Positions 14,601 to 25,500 of a stretch of 64,000 nt of DNA are shown here, piece by piece (positions within the stretch are counted from its first letter, which is position 1; every line of letters starts with the position of its first letter). The position numbers and the translations under genes were made by a program. The notes below the pieces were generated by a model. That model ran no database searches. It was not told the DNA's origin and was given only the letters and a program-made list of their open reading frames with translations. The stretch comes from Mytilus trossulus (taxonomy: Eukaryota), in the NCBI RefSeq assembly GCF_036588685.1, contig NC_086386.1, positions 15,376,001-15,440,000 on the forward strand, given 5' to 3'.

Positions 14601-17600
14601 TGATAATATTTCAATTTCTGTAATCAAAACACAGGTAACAAACCTGCTGGATCATTATACGATCTCGTGTCACAAAATTCTTCAAACTCATCAGTATTTT
14701 CATCAAATAAACAGTGATAACCCTCAGAAATGTTACATTGACTGGCAGCTCTCAATTTCCATTCAGTTCGGGATGGACATTCAAACTCAGAGTAGCTTAA
14801 CACTGGTGTTGTTACAATAATCTATAAATAGAACAACTGTTATGAATTACAAACACCATTAACGACTGAATAAAGAAGAGAAAAATAAATTCAATATACG
14901 TATAAGCGATGCGGTATGATTATCTAAATGTAGATCAATGTTCATCAAAAACGTGATGAGTCGCATATATGAAGGATTAAACATTGTCTTTTCAAGTTAA
15001 ATGTTTAAGTTGCAATAAACTGTTTATCCTAAAAGTTTTGTTGCACGCGGTCGTTTAAAAAGTTTTAATTGAAATCAACATGAATCCTAGGGGATAATGT
15101 TATTATTTTTCAAACGTTACAAAATCTAGATTCCTAAAATTCCAATTTTGTAGAAACATTACGACTTTGGCACGATTTGTTGATTAAAATGTATTGAAAG
15201 TTCTGTTTATTATTGTTATATTAAGGTTGTTGATATTAAACTGTTATTGTTGATATCATTTTTTCGAGCAGACCAATGAAATTAGTTTCTTTAAATTGAA
15301 CACTTTCACAATTCAATATAAAAAAGAAGATGTGGTACAATGGCAAATGAGATATTTATACACAGGCAAAATTAGCTCACATGAATTTCTCATGAATCTC
15401 ACGTGAATTCACATGAAAAATGTCATGTGAGATTCACCTCAAACGAGCTTATACATGAAACCAACGTGAAATTTTTCATGTGAATTTCACGTAAATTGAG
15501 ATTCACACGAATCTTACGTGAATTGTTTCACATAAATTTCACCTGAAATTTACCAAAACAAAATGATATTTTTCATGATTTTAATTCAATTTGGAAATTT
15601 AGATGTTATTTGACATACTATATCTTAAAACAATCATGTGAATTAAATCACATGAAAACAAATTACATGATTTTCAGGTGAAATTCACACGAGTTTCCAA
15701 TAAGATTCGCGTGAAACTCACAAAAACTGATTTCATGTGAGTTTCACGTATAAGCTCGTCAGAGGTGAAATTGATGTAAATTTCACGTGAGATTCACATG
15801 AACTTAAATTCACGTGAAATTGATGTGAGTGAAATTTGCTTGTGTAGTTTTAATTCAACAAATAAAGATAGTCGGTAAGATACATCCATTACATAGTGTG
15901 CTAGTGACCTAATATGGTATATACGGGCCTGGGGTCAGTATATCCATAAAAGGCGATAGCGAACGAGCTTCGCTTTCACTCCATAGGGATGTACTGACCC
16001 CATACATATCGTTTTAGGTCACTAGCAAAAATTGTGTATTATATTTTACTAACTAAAGATATTTAAGTTTAAACATATTTTATTTGCTCAAAGCGAAAAA
16101 GGATCAGACACAAGTAAAACATACTTATAAAGTCTTCTCCACAATACAATATATATAACAATACAAATTGAACATGAGCATGCATCATATAATATAAACA
16201 ACATACATATTACTTATCTATACTGAAAAAAGTAAAGGGAATGAGGAAAGAACAACAGAGATTGTAAGTTGATGATGATAAAGATGATGATGTGCGTTTT
16301 ACCTATGTTGATACTATACTACGAGGAATCTTTTTGATCTCTTTATAAAATTGAATACTTGTTTAAGAATTTGCACATTTTGATCATAGGAAAGAGTTTC
16401 TTTTCCAAAAACCAGTAGAGTTAAGTCCAAATCGCAGCCTTCGGGAAGCCAGCTGAGACCATTAAACAGAATAGCCCTTTCATTTAAATAGAAAGGACAA
16501 TCGAAGAAAAAATGGTACATGTCCTCAATATCCAAACCACATTTACATGTTGGATCAGATATAATGTTAGCTCTAAACAAGTCACAATTCAAGAACGATG
16601 CCGAACATCTAAATTGGGTTAATATTATGTTCAATTTTCTTGGACCATATAAATAATGTTTTAAAATAGATTGATTCTCATTTCGAATTTCGTAGTTTTT
16701 TAATTCTAGTTTGAATTTTGATAACGAGTCTACATTTCGAACTGATATGTTCAAATTATTCCAAAGTTTAATTGTTGATGGGATAAAGGATTGGGAAGTC
16801 AGAGTCAGCCTGCAAAATGGTAAAATGATATCTTGTCCATTTCGCAAGGGATATTGTGTTGTACTTTGAATTTTAGGGGGCACAAGGTTACATAAATATT
16901 CAGGGGCATTATTATTCTGAATTTTATAAAATAATTGTAGTTTTCTTCTCTTTCTTCGTTCCTCTAAAGTTTCCCAACCAACCTCTTTTAAGACAGTCTC
17001 AGAGTGTGTGTAAACAGGCAAGCCTGTTACAATTCGTGCAGCTTCAAGTTGTAGCTGTTCTAATTTAATTGAATAACCTTTTTCGCAATTGTCCCATACT
17101 TCAGTTGCATATTCAACCAGATGCTCCGCAGGGCGTAGCTTTATACGACCGCAGAGGTTGAACCCTGAACGGTTGGGGCAAGTATGGACACAACATTCAA
17201 GCTGGATTCCGCTCTAAATTTGGATTGTTATTAAATAGTTGACACAGCATAGGTTTCTGACACAGAATGAATGTATTCAAATGAACTTAAAATTTTTGTT
17301 TTCTCTTAGAGCAATTCACTATGCTGTTGAATATTAATCCTCTCAAAAAAATGTTTGAAGAAATTTTCTTTTTATTTATGAAATTTCAAATGAGAAAATT
17401 TTAACCCAATTTTTTATTCACATCCCCCTTTCCCTTATTCCAAAACTAATTTCAATTAAAATATTCTAATGGAGTTTGCAACAATTACTACTCATTTAAA
17501 TACCTGATGTAAAAAAACTGCTTGTTATCACTGAATGGTAAAGATTATTTAAATTTATCAGTTGGTAGTAAAAAGTGAATATACATTGTATATTGTATAT

Positions 17601-18976
17601 AACAAAGATTTAAGTTGATTCTGGACAAAGAAAGATAACTCCAATTAAAAAAAATTCTTGCAGATATTTCTTGCTTACTATACTGGACAAACAAAGATAA
17701 CTCTTAATTAAAAAAAAAATTGCTATTTCACAATATTGTGAAATTAGATATTTCTTGCCATTGCACAATACTGTGCAATTGAAAAGACTTGCTATTGCAC
17801 AATACTTATTATAATAATTTTAGATCCTGATTTGGACCAACTTGAAAACTGGGCCCATAATCAAAAATCTAAGTACATCTTTAGATTCAGCATATCAAAG
17901 AGGCCCAAGAATTTATTTTTTGTTAAAATCAAACTTAGTTTAATTTTGGACCCTTTGAACTTTAATTTAGACCAATTTTAAAACTGGACCAAAAATTAAG
18001 AATCTACATACACAGTTAGATTTGGCATATCAAAGAACCCCAATTATTCAATTTTTGATGAAATCAAACAATGTTTAATTTTGGACCTCGATTTAGGCCA
18101 ACTTGAAAACTGGGCCAATAATCAAAAATCTAAGTACATTTTTAGATTCAGCATATCAAAGAACCCCAAGGTTTCAATTTTTGTTAAAATCAAACTAAGT
18201 TTAATTTTGGACCCTTTGGACCTTAATGTAGACCAATTTGAAAAAGGGACCAAAAATTAAGAATCTACATACACAGTTAGATTCGGCATATTAAAGAACC
18301 CCAATTATTCAATTTTGATGAAATCAAACAAAGTTTAATTTTGGACCCTTTGGGCCCCTTTTTCCTTAACTGTTGGGACCAAAACTTCCAAAATCAATAC
18401 CAACCTTCCTTTTATAGTCATAAACCTTGTGTTTAAATTTCATAGATTTCTATTCACTTATACTAACGCTATGGTGCGAAAACCAAGAAAAATGCTTATT
18501 TGGGTCCCTTTTTGGCCCCTAATTCCTAAACTGTTGGGACCGAAACTCCCAAAATCAATACCAACCTTCCTTTTGTGGTCATAAACATTGTGTTTAAATT
18601 TCATTGATTTCTATTTACTTTAACTAAAGTTATTGTGCGAAAACCAAGAATAATGCTTATTTGGGCCCTTTTTTGGCCCCTAATTCCTAAACTGTTGAAA
18701 ATAAAACTCCCAAAATCAATCCCAACCTTTATTTTGTGGTTATAAACCTTGTGTCAAAATTTCATAGATTTCTATTAACTTAAACTAAAGTTATAGTGCG
18801 AAAACCAAGAAAATGCTTATTTGGGCCCTTTTTGGCCCCTAATTCCTAAAATAATGGGACCAAAACTCCCAAAATCAATACCAGCCTTCCTTTCATGGTC
18901 ATAAACCTTGTGTTAAAATTTCATAGATTTCTATTCACTTTTACTAAAGTTAGAGTGCGAAAACTAAAAGTATTCG

Positions 18977-19008
<32 letters not shown>

Positions 19009-22000
19009 CAACGTGATAGCAATATACGACGAAAATTTTTTCAAAATTTGCGGTCGTATAAAAATTGGTCTAATAAATACTAGATATAATTTTTCCAAAT
19101 TTTGTCGGCTAAGTTGATATTTAAGTTTTCGCAATATATTCAGATGTTTTTAACACTATTTAATATGTTTTCAACATGGTTGTTCCATTTTGCGTCACTT
19201 CTAAATGTAACCCCTAGATGCTTATGAGATCGCACAATTGGTATTTTTTTGTTATTCATAGTAAAATTAGGGTCTTTTATCTCATTATTTGAGAACATCA
19301 TAATTTCTGTTTTTTCAGGATTGAAAGACATAAGCCACTTTCTTGACCATTCATCCAGCTGTCTTAGGTCACGACTAACAACTGACTGTATAAGTTCCTC
19401 GTCATGACCCGAGTAGCTGAACGAAGTGTCATCTGCAAATAGTCTGCATAAAGAAGTTAACTGTTCAGCAATATCGTTAATATATATAATAAACAATAAA
19501 GGACAAAGAACGGATCCTTGGGGTACACCAGCTGAAACATTGCAAAAAGTAGAGGATGATTCATTAATGATAACCTTTTGTTTTCTTTGGTATAGGTAGC
19601 TAGTGAACCAATTTAAAAGATTTCCCTCAATGCCATATGCTTTTATTTTATGTAGTAAGCCAATATGCCAAACTTTGTCAAAGGTCTTCGAAAAATCACA
19701 AAAAACAAAACAGCAAATTTCTTTTGTTTCTAGTGCATTTAAGATACAATCATAGATTTCAATTAATTGATGCACTGTTGAATGTTTTGGCAAAAAACCT
19801 GATTGGTATTCATAAATTAGTTTGTTATTAAATAGATGATTATATACATGTTTAAAAAAAAAACTCGTTCCATAACTTTCCCCACGCAACTAATTAAAGA
19901 TATTGGTCTGTAATTAGATGGCAAAGAAGAGTCCCCCTTTTTGAAAATAGCTATTACATTTGCAATTTTCCAGCTGGTTGGATATATACATTGACTTAGG
20001 GACTTGTTGAATATAATTTGAAGAGGTATTGCAACTTTATCTGGACAGATCTAGAGCATCCTGTGGCTAATCACATCTGGTCCCGAGGCTTTATTTGGAT
20101 CAAGAATATTAATCATATCTATAATTTCTTGAGTAGTGACATGTATGTCACAAATTTTATTGTTAGATTTAGTTTCAAATTGTGGTAAGTTGATATTTTC
20201 TTCATTTAATTTGGAGATTAAATTAAAATACTTGTTCAAAAGCTCACATTTTTCTTCATCTTTATATGCTATTTCGTCTATTTTTTCGGTATTTATAATA
20301 TTTTGAAGTGGGGGGATGTTATTTGATCCATTGTTAGATTTGATTAACATTTTCATAATTTTCCAATAAGTTTTTGTATTCGATACATTATTTAGAATGA
20401 TGTGGTCTAAATTACTTTCTAATTTTTCTTTAGCAACTTTTTTCATATTATTGACCCTATTTCTCTGTCGCTTGTACTTCAAAATATCAGATTGTTTTTT
20501 AGATTTAAAAGCCTTTTTTCGTAATCGATCTCTTATGCGTAATTCTCTCCTAAGCTCACTATTGAACCATGGTTTGTCTTTTTTCGTATAGTTACTTGTT
20601 TAGTAGGTATGCACTCCCTTGCAATGTTCAGAAAAGTTACAGTAAATATTTCACATAATTCATTAACATCCTTGTCATCGGGAAGAATGGCATGCCAATC
20701 TGTTTCATTCATTATTTTCAAAAATTTATCTTTATCCATCTTATCATATATCCACACTTCTCTTTTGAAAGTACGTGACATTGATGACGGACACTCAAGA
20801 AATATTACTGCTGCATTGTGATCAATAATATTTGAGGGAATATCTAAAACATCTGATAGATAATATGACATACAGTCACTTATTATAATGGGGTCTAAGA
20901 GTGTACTACTTTTATCAGTAACTCTTGTTGCTTTATCAATTACATTTCTTAGATTGAACAAGTCCATAGTTTCAATAAGTTTATTATTATTGACATTAAA
21001 GAGATCAGAATTTAGATCACCAGTTATCACTATATTTTCGTTTAATTGAAAGGCAGTTTCTATTGCATGATTTAATCGTGCCCAGAAGTCAGTGTCCGCA
21101 TTCGGTGGACGATATGAGTGACAAAGAAGGAAGTTTTGACCTTTGGCTCGTATTTCAACCCAAAGTGTTTCATCAAATGGATTTTCTAGTTCGCCTTTTC
21201 GGACGATACCGATATCATCTTTCACATAAATCATTAATCCACCACCAAAGTTGTTTCAATCTTTCCGTATAATGTTATTGAAGGAATCTAATTTTAATTG
21301 ATCTTCAGATACACTAGGATCTAAATGTGTTTCTGTTACAGCCAGGACATCAAATTCGTCAGTGAAATTATTTAAGAATTCTAATTTGTTTCTAATACTA
21401 CGGATATTTAAATTACATATTGATATGGATTTATCGATTTCACTAAATCTGACACTAGAGGGTGTACTCGATATGTTATTTTCATCTGGACCAGGGTTTG
21501 GTTCAATATTTCCGACAATAAGAATAAAATGAAGCACAACCAACAGAAAGATAATGTCAATCTTTGGATGTATAGACTGTAGACATGCTAGTGAAAGAAC
21601 ATAAAAGGAGCAATGTAAGTTAATTTTTAGTATTTCTAAATAAGTATAATAGTTATAATTTATAAAAGTACTACTTTTCCTCTTGCTACATGTACAATGA
21701 AATAAGCCAATGGCTGTCCTGTAATCCTTAATGCTGACTCCCATAATGTTTAGGGGGTTCAGATATTAAGTCTAACGCCATTTTTCGTATGGTAACTTGC
21801 ACACATCATCATCATCAGAAAAAATAGAGAAAGTAAATATAAAACAAGAAAAATAAAAAATAATGGTGATGGAAAAACAAACGGATTTCAGAAGGATACC
21901 TGGAGTCATACTGGATGATAAAAATGGGATTTTGCTTAACTTTTACTATTTTTATAAATCAGTGTGAACCGTGATCTAGCCACTATATTTAAAAGACAAA

Positions 22001-23498
22001 TTATATGAGCTGTAAAGTTCAAACATACTGTTGGTTTATAAAAGACGAATACCTACCAATATGGTAATAGTATTAAACACTTTATACTTGCAACTTGAGT
22101 ATACAGTTTTACATGATATGTATATATATAAATCAAACATAAATATTATGTACAATTGTGTGTGCACACAATACTATTTTGTAAAGAATTTAATCAGTAT
22201 CTCCTGGTTTCCTTTAATAGTGTTTAATTACAACAATAAGATTTTTTTACAGACAAAACTATGTACACGGAGAATATATTTGTACATTTACATGCATTCG
22301 ATTATTTCTTACTATCATATTTTGGTTCGTGTTTGGGTTAGGCAAGGGCGGTCTGTTTGACTTTTATATTTTTAAAAACTTCTTTTGATCAAAATCGACA
22401 TTTTTCGTTAATAGATTTATTTAATTACAAGCTATAAAAATGTACAATTAAGCTGATATGATTATAAGCAAAGTTGTCGAGAGAAGAACCGAACATGTGT
22501 ACGTTCACTATAGAATGTCAAATTTACACTGCTTTTTGTTTTTATTTTGAGTGATTGAGAAACGGTAATTTTATCAACTGTTGAAAAGATCTTACGATAT
22601 GTAAGACCATTTTACTACTTAGCCAATTTGGGATGACCGTTTTTATAGTTGTCATGATGTGGAAACATATTTTTGGGATTTTATTTTATTATTGAATTAC
22701 AGACTTTGGTTGTATTTTGGCCACCAGAACAACTAGAAGAAAATCCGCTAAACGGTTATAAAGTGTAATTAATTTAACCGTTATTAGAGCATATATAACA
22801 GGGAGGAAAACAGAACAAAACAGAACAAAATGAACTAAACATGAAAATAATTAAATCAAACATAAAAAAAAACAAAAAAACACACACACACAAAAAGCCC
22901 ACATATAACAAACAAACAGTGTCTAGGTTATAAAGTATTAGTAAACTTTTTTTTAAACTTTTGTTGATAAGATATCAAATTTTAAAGCTTGAATAAATCA
23001 GTTTTTGTACTGAACTGTACTGTAACAGTTGTATAAAAGACTAATCTTCAAAGATAACATACATTAGCAAAATATTATCTTAGATAGATTCTTTAATTTA
23101 AAACTGACTGTGTAGTGCATTTGTTTTAGAGATATCTAGTTCAAATGTGTAACTATAAAATAGTGATATTGATATATTGAAAACGAGTTTTAACAAGTTT
23201 AAATACTTGGTTTTGGGTAAAAGTTATCAAAAGTATAAATTGGGTTAAACAATTGTAACACAAATTCCAAAAGCATAACGGGTCATTTAGATGTGATTAA
23301 AAGTAAAGGTGCGTATCAATTCAAGAAGTTTCAACAGATATATGTAATGAACAATTATCGTTATAATGTATGTGTAGTAATGTAGATACCTTGTACATGT
23401 CTTAGGTCGTGTATTAGCTATAAACCATGATATGTTAAAATACTTACAAAAAGTAGACTCAACCAATTGAAGCAAAACATGTTGTATTTTTCACCCAT
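1..23498 (-). CDS. Predicted 9-exon gene (3' end beyond window): signal peptide - TNFR-like Cys-rich ectodomain - TM - nSTAND3-like NTPase - ankyrin repeats. Exons 23498-23448, 14821-14644, 13644-13342, 12125-12059, 9449-9388, 9084-9013, 8302-8258, 4884-4789, 2691-<1 (~1188 aa in window)
   Basis: All eight introns are GT..AG and the phases (0,1,1,2,1,1,1,1) join into one open frame. The domain order gives a coherent type I topology. No transcript evidence is available, and extra small exons are possible. Confidence 0.72.
3035..3511 (-). repeat. Dispersed SINE-like/retroposon-tail repeat; related copies at ~11620-11812, 35726-36040, 49530-49665, 57375-57520
   Basis: Shared blocks GAAGATGTGGTATGATTGCCAATGAGACAACT and GGCCTTCAACAATGAGCAAAGCCCATA (or reverse complements) recur with divergence at these positions. 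Confidence 0.75.
3536..3582 (+). ncRNA. Degenerate type I hammerhead ribozyme motif (retrozyme fragment)
   Basis: CTGTTGA-ATCCTGTGTAGAC-GAAA-CGCGCA-TC-TGGCG; core and stems are mutated relative to the 6639-6685 copy. Confidence 0.65.
4190..4700. repeat. Degenerate tandem repeat, ~175-180 bp x ~3
   Basis: GAAGGTTTTGTGT-like motif near 4286, 4460 and 4642; AATACTATGGAGTT at 4411 and 4582. Confidence 0.6.
4789..4884 (-). CDS. Cytoplasmic linker exon (SINGHIQYEIIMRENLELKNRLDNPIPENIK)
   Basis: TTCAATTTTAG acceptor, GTAAGG donor, 96 nt, phase 1-1. It joins in frame to give PIPENIK-E-LQNYEKKQW directly before the NTPase. Confidence 0.8.
6639..6685 (-). ncRNA. Intact minimal type I hammerhead ribozyme
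   Basis: Minus strand reads GAGCGUCA-CUGAUGA-GUC UUGUGUA GAC-GAAA-CGCGCG-UC|UGGCGUA. It has the canonical core, stem II, a palindromic minimal stem III, a GUC cleavage triplet and stem I GCGUCA/UGGCGU. Confidence 0.88.
6963..7180. mobile_element. Tc1/mariner-like MITE
   Basis: TIRs CTATAAACCAACTTAATTTCGCG / CGCGAAAATAAGTTGGTTTACAG, flanked by TA on both sides. Confidence 0.85.
7364..8171. mobile_element. Non-autonomous TIR DNA element
   Basis: Perfect 13-bp inverted ends TATAGTCCAGTCA / TGACTGGACTATA. Confidence 0.6.
8258..8302 (-). CDS. End of TM helix and juxtamembrane exon (AFIMKRAVFLDRSLS)
   Basis: TTATTTGCAG acceptor, GTAAGC donor, 45 nt, phase 1-1. It supplies the KR stop-transfer residues after the TM. 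Confidence 0.75.
9013..9084 (-). CDS. Transmembrane exon (YNSSNEYKTVITVLVVAAILFAL)
   Basis: TTTTTTTTCAG acceptor, GTAAAT donor, 72 nt, phase 1-1; hydrophobic run. Confidence 0.82.
9388..9449 (-). CDS. Stalk exon (DKDSKPTTSFIPNSKETENI)
   Basis: TTTTAACAG acceptor, GTATCT donor, 62 nt. Its phase 2-1 is exactly what is needed to bridge the neighbouring exons. Confidence 0.75.
10640..10790 (+). pseudogene. Decayed LINE ORF1-like fragment
   Basis: Translates QPIVVKCKNFSEREIIQKVSKRLKVTTFG, resembling the RPIVVKF..GI segment of LINE ORF1 proteins. Confidence 0.45.
12059..12125 (-). CDS. Ectodomain exon (DYECISKTVWTGTFTCALIHYNG)
   Basis: TCTTTCAG acceptor, GTGAGT donor, 67 nt, phase 1-2; continues ...IMTP-DYEC. 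Confidence 0.82.
12821..13036. mobile_element. Short MITE with internal AGATTAGAGAA repeats
   Basis: Ends ATGAGGGTTTAGA / TCCAGACCCTCAT are imperfect inverted repeats. Confidence 0.55.
13342..13644 (-). CDS. TNFR-like cysteine-rich ectodomain exon
   Basis: Lies within ORF 13283..13651. CKEEGQVIHTEGTADSDRQCRC resembles the GT-x3-D-x2-C signature of TNFR cysteine-rich repeats. 303 nt, phase 1-1, AG/GT bounded. Confidence 0.85.
14644..14821 (-). CDS. N-terminal Cys-rich exon (IIVTTPVLSYSEFECPSRTEWKLRAASQCNISEGYHCLFDENTDEFEEFCDTRSYNDPA)
   Basis: CTATTTATAG acceptor, GTTTGT donor, 178 nt, phase 0-1; 4-Cys module CP..W..RA...C....YHCL.D......EFC. Confidence 0.85.
15359..15846. mobile_element. Foldback MITE built of TTCACGTGAA/TTCACATGAA units
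   Basis: Ends TACACAGGCAAAATTAGCTCACAT / ATGTGAGTGAAATTTGCTTGTGTA; the halves are roughly inverted (AAACGAGCTTATAC vs GTATAAGCTCGT). Confidence 0.75.
15891..16040. mobile_element. Small palindromic MITE
   Basis: TGCTAGTGACCTAA..GGGGTCAGTA inverted against TACTGACCCC..TTAGGTCACTAGCA. Confidence 0.7.
17117..19061. mobile_element. Helentron/HINE-like non-autonomous element nested in the LINE
   Basis: It interrupts LINE codons FIRPIF/EYATEVW within an A-run. Subterminal inverted repeats TTTATACGACCGCA (17140) / TGCGGTCGTATAAA (19049), a 3' hairpin, a (CGA)n microsatellite at ~18978-19007 and internal tandem arrays. Confidence 0.82.
17830..18965. repeat. Two adjacent tandem arrays: ~130-bp units arranged as a ~260-bp dimer (17830-18350) and ~161-bp units x ~4 (18350-18965)
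   Basis: GCATATCAAAGA-like motif recurs 4 times. CTGTTGGGAC at 18370 and 18531 with variants near 18692 and 18851. Confidence 0.85.
21488..21513 (-). other. 2A-like (StopGo) motif variant GNIEPNPGP ahead of the LINE endonuclease
   Basis: FILIVGNIEPNPGP in ORF 21256..21744; the consensus is D(V/I)ExNPGP, here with D replaced by N. Confidence 0.75.
23448..23498 (-). CDS. First coding exon, signal peptide (MGEKYNMFCFNWLSLLF)
   Basis: ATG at 23498 and GTAAGT donor in phase 0. It joins IIVTTPVLS to complete a signal peptide. An acceptor at 23510-23509 implies an upstream exon. Confidence 0.7.
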
Positions 23499-25009
23499 AA
23501 TTGTAAATCTGAAAGACAAAATACTATTCAGATTCCATAAATTATAATTCAACATCGTGTCATGGTACAAGATAATCTCATCTTAACGTTTATTGCATAT
23601 TTAATGTACGCAATGAATATACAACTGCAGATTTGTTTTGTTTCGTTCTTTTGCAAGAGTAATATAAACAACAAACAAACAATTGAAATTTGAAATTTGG
23701 CTGATTATTTGTCTTGGCATTTATTCAACAATATTCAACAATATAAACCAACAAACAACCAACATCAAGAAACTGGCCAACAAGTTAAAACTTGATGACA
23801 ATTGGTCACTGAAGGTAAACCAATAGTAAATGCATAACAATTTCTAGCTGCTGGACAGATCCATAACAGCTTAATGAACGATATTTGAATAAATCACTGC
23901 CTGTTGAATCATTTTGATGATGACATCCAACGCACTTTCATTATTGAACGGAATGCCATGACGATAGACACTTTTTTGTTATTCCTGCAAATTCCTTGAA
24001 AATTCATGTTTCATTGAATTTGCCGATAAATATTTAAACGTCTGACACTTTTGATAGTACATAACAATCTAATAGGAACATTCAAAACATTTGGACATAT
24101 TCACCATGTAATCTGAAAAATAAACTAAAAACAGCAGCAATTTTGTTTGTTAAAGGGAGGGATGGTGGGTTGTGCTATCTTGAAAAATACTCGTGGAATG
24201 AAATTTAGCGGAAGCACGTGCTTATATATGACCAAAGTCAACGAGGCGCTTCAAAGCATATTCTTTCGTATGTTTAAATATATGGTTGTAACTTGTAATT
24301 ATTTAAATGGCAAAACGTATATAATGGACTGACGACGTACATTCGAAACACAATAAACAGCTTAATGTATTTTTAATGCAATAAATCAATTTAGTCATTA
24401 GATCATTAAATTTTATTAACTTCAATATTAAACATCAATTTATAACCTATGATAAAATATTTTTAATCAAATCTCAAGAGGTTTTGTTTGATGAGATAAA
24501 CATGTATGCGTTTAATATGAGACGAAACTATCTCATTTCTGTAGCCGAAAAAAATAATCATAGAATAACTAATCGAACAATTCAAATAGAGAACAATAGT
24601 CAACGAGTAAAAGAACAACACATTAACTCACGAATGCATTCTTAAAAGGGCATTGTTTGATTATTTGGCTAAACAGAAATATCTCAATTTACCATATTGT
24701 AGACTTACTTTTCTTAGATGTTTTATAGTATGAATATGGAATGAAAGTAATGCATTATTGCTGCTTTTGTTAGACAATAAAAATCTCTTACCTGTAAGAA
24801 CAAAATAAACCAAAACGATACGCACAGTCAACGTTATATGTGATAATGTGGCCATATCGTCATGTTTCATTGTTGAGTGTATAAAGATATCTTAATTAAG
24901 AACACTCCAAATGAACACTTAAAGAGACATATCTTATATCTAGTATATTTTTCGGTCATAATTTTTTGTTAATGTAAGTAGACGTTGATGAGATCATCAT
25001 TAAAAGAAA

Positions 25010-25500
25010 ATAGAAAATTGTCCAACTAAAACCTAACACCCAGAATGTCAACATCCACCACAAGTTTACAGACATTCTAGATGAACACGAGCTTTAGACG
25101 AACACGAGTGGTACCTGGCCTATCAACAATGACATTGTCTCTATTGAAGTGGACATAATACCATCAAAATTACAAAAGAAACCAAGAAAGATCCTCTTTA
25201 CAAAAAGTCAAAATGGCAAAATGTGAAAGACGACTTCAGAATATTAAATTCACGGCCAAATCACTCCATGATAACCTTTCCTCCTTGTAAATGACATCTG
25301 GAACCTATTTGTAACATCACTTGAAGATAGCGTTGATAAAAACTTACCAACTAAGACTACTCGTAAAAGGATAACTGCCTATGGATAAACACAGACCTAG
25401 GAAGAAGGGACAGAACATACAAGAAGAAAAGAGAAAATCGTGAGATAAAAAAAAATACTGCTTCATATAAAGACCTAAAGAGCAAACCCAAGAGAGAACT
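25010..25500 (+). pseudogene. Decayed LINE endonuclease-linker fragment
   Basis: Frameshifted residues resembling PGLSDHDIVSIEVDII..KPRKI.LYKK. Confidence 0.5.

Larger units (their letters stand above)
16060..21900 (-). mobile_element. Near full-length CR1/L2-group LINE (APE endonuclease + reverse transcriptase), disrupted, inside the first coding intron of the receptor gene
   Basis: ORF fragments 21744-21256 (NLNIRS, VTETHL), 21234-20533 (GDLNSD, LLDPII, IDH), 20482-20051, 19889-19140 (QSGF, DFSKTFDKV, GVPQGSVL, LFADD, HKHLGV) and 17021-16314 (HFFFDCP). There are several frameshifts and a stop. The 3' tail AATAAAATATGTTTAAACTT is near 16085-16065; the 5' boundary is uncertain. Confidence 0.93.

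Noticed and set aside
18895-19083. ORF with a poly-Arg tract
   Set aside because: Translation of the (CGA)n microsatellite at the end of the HINE-like element.
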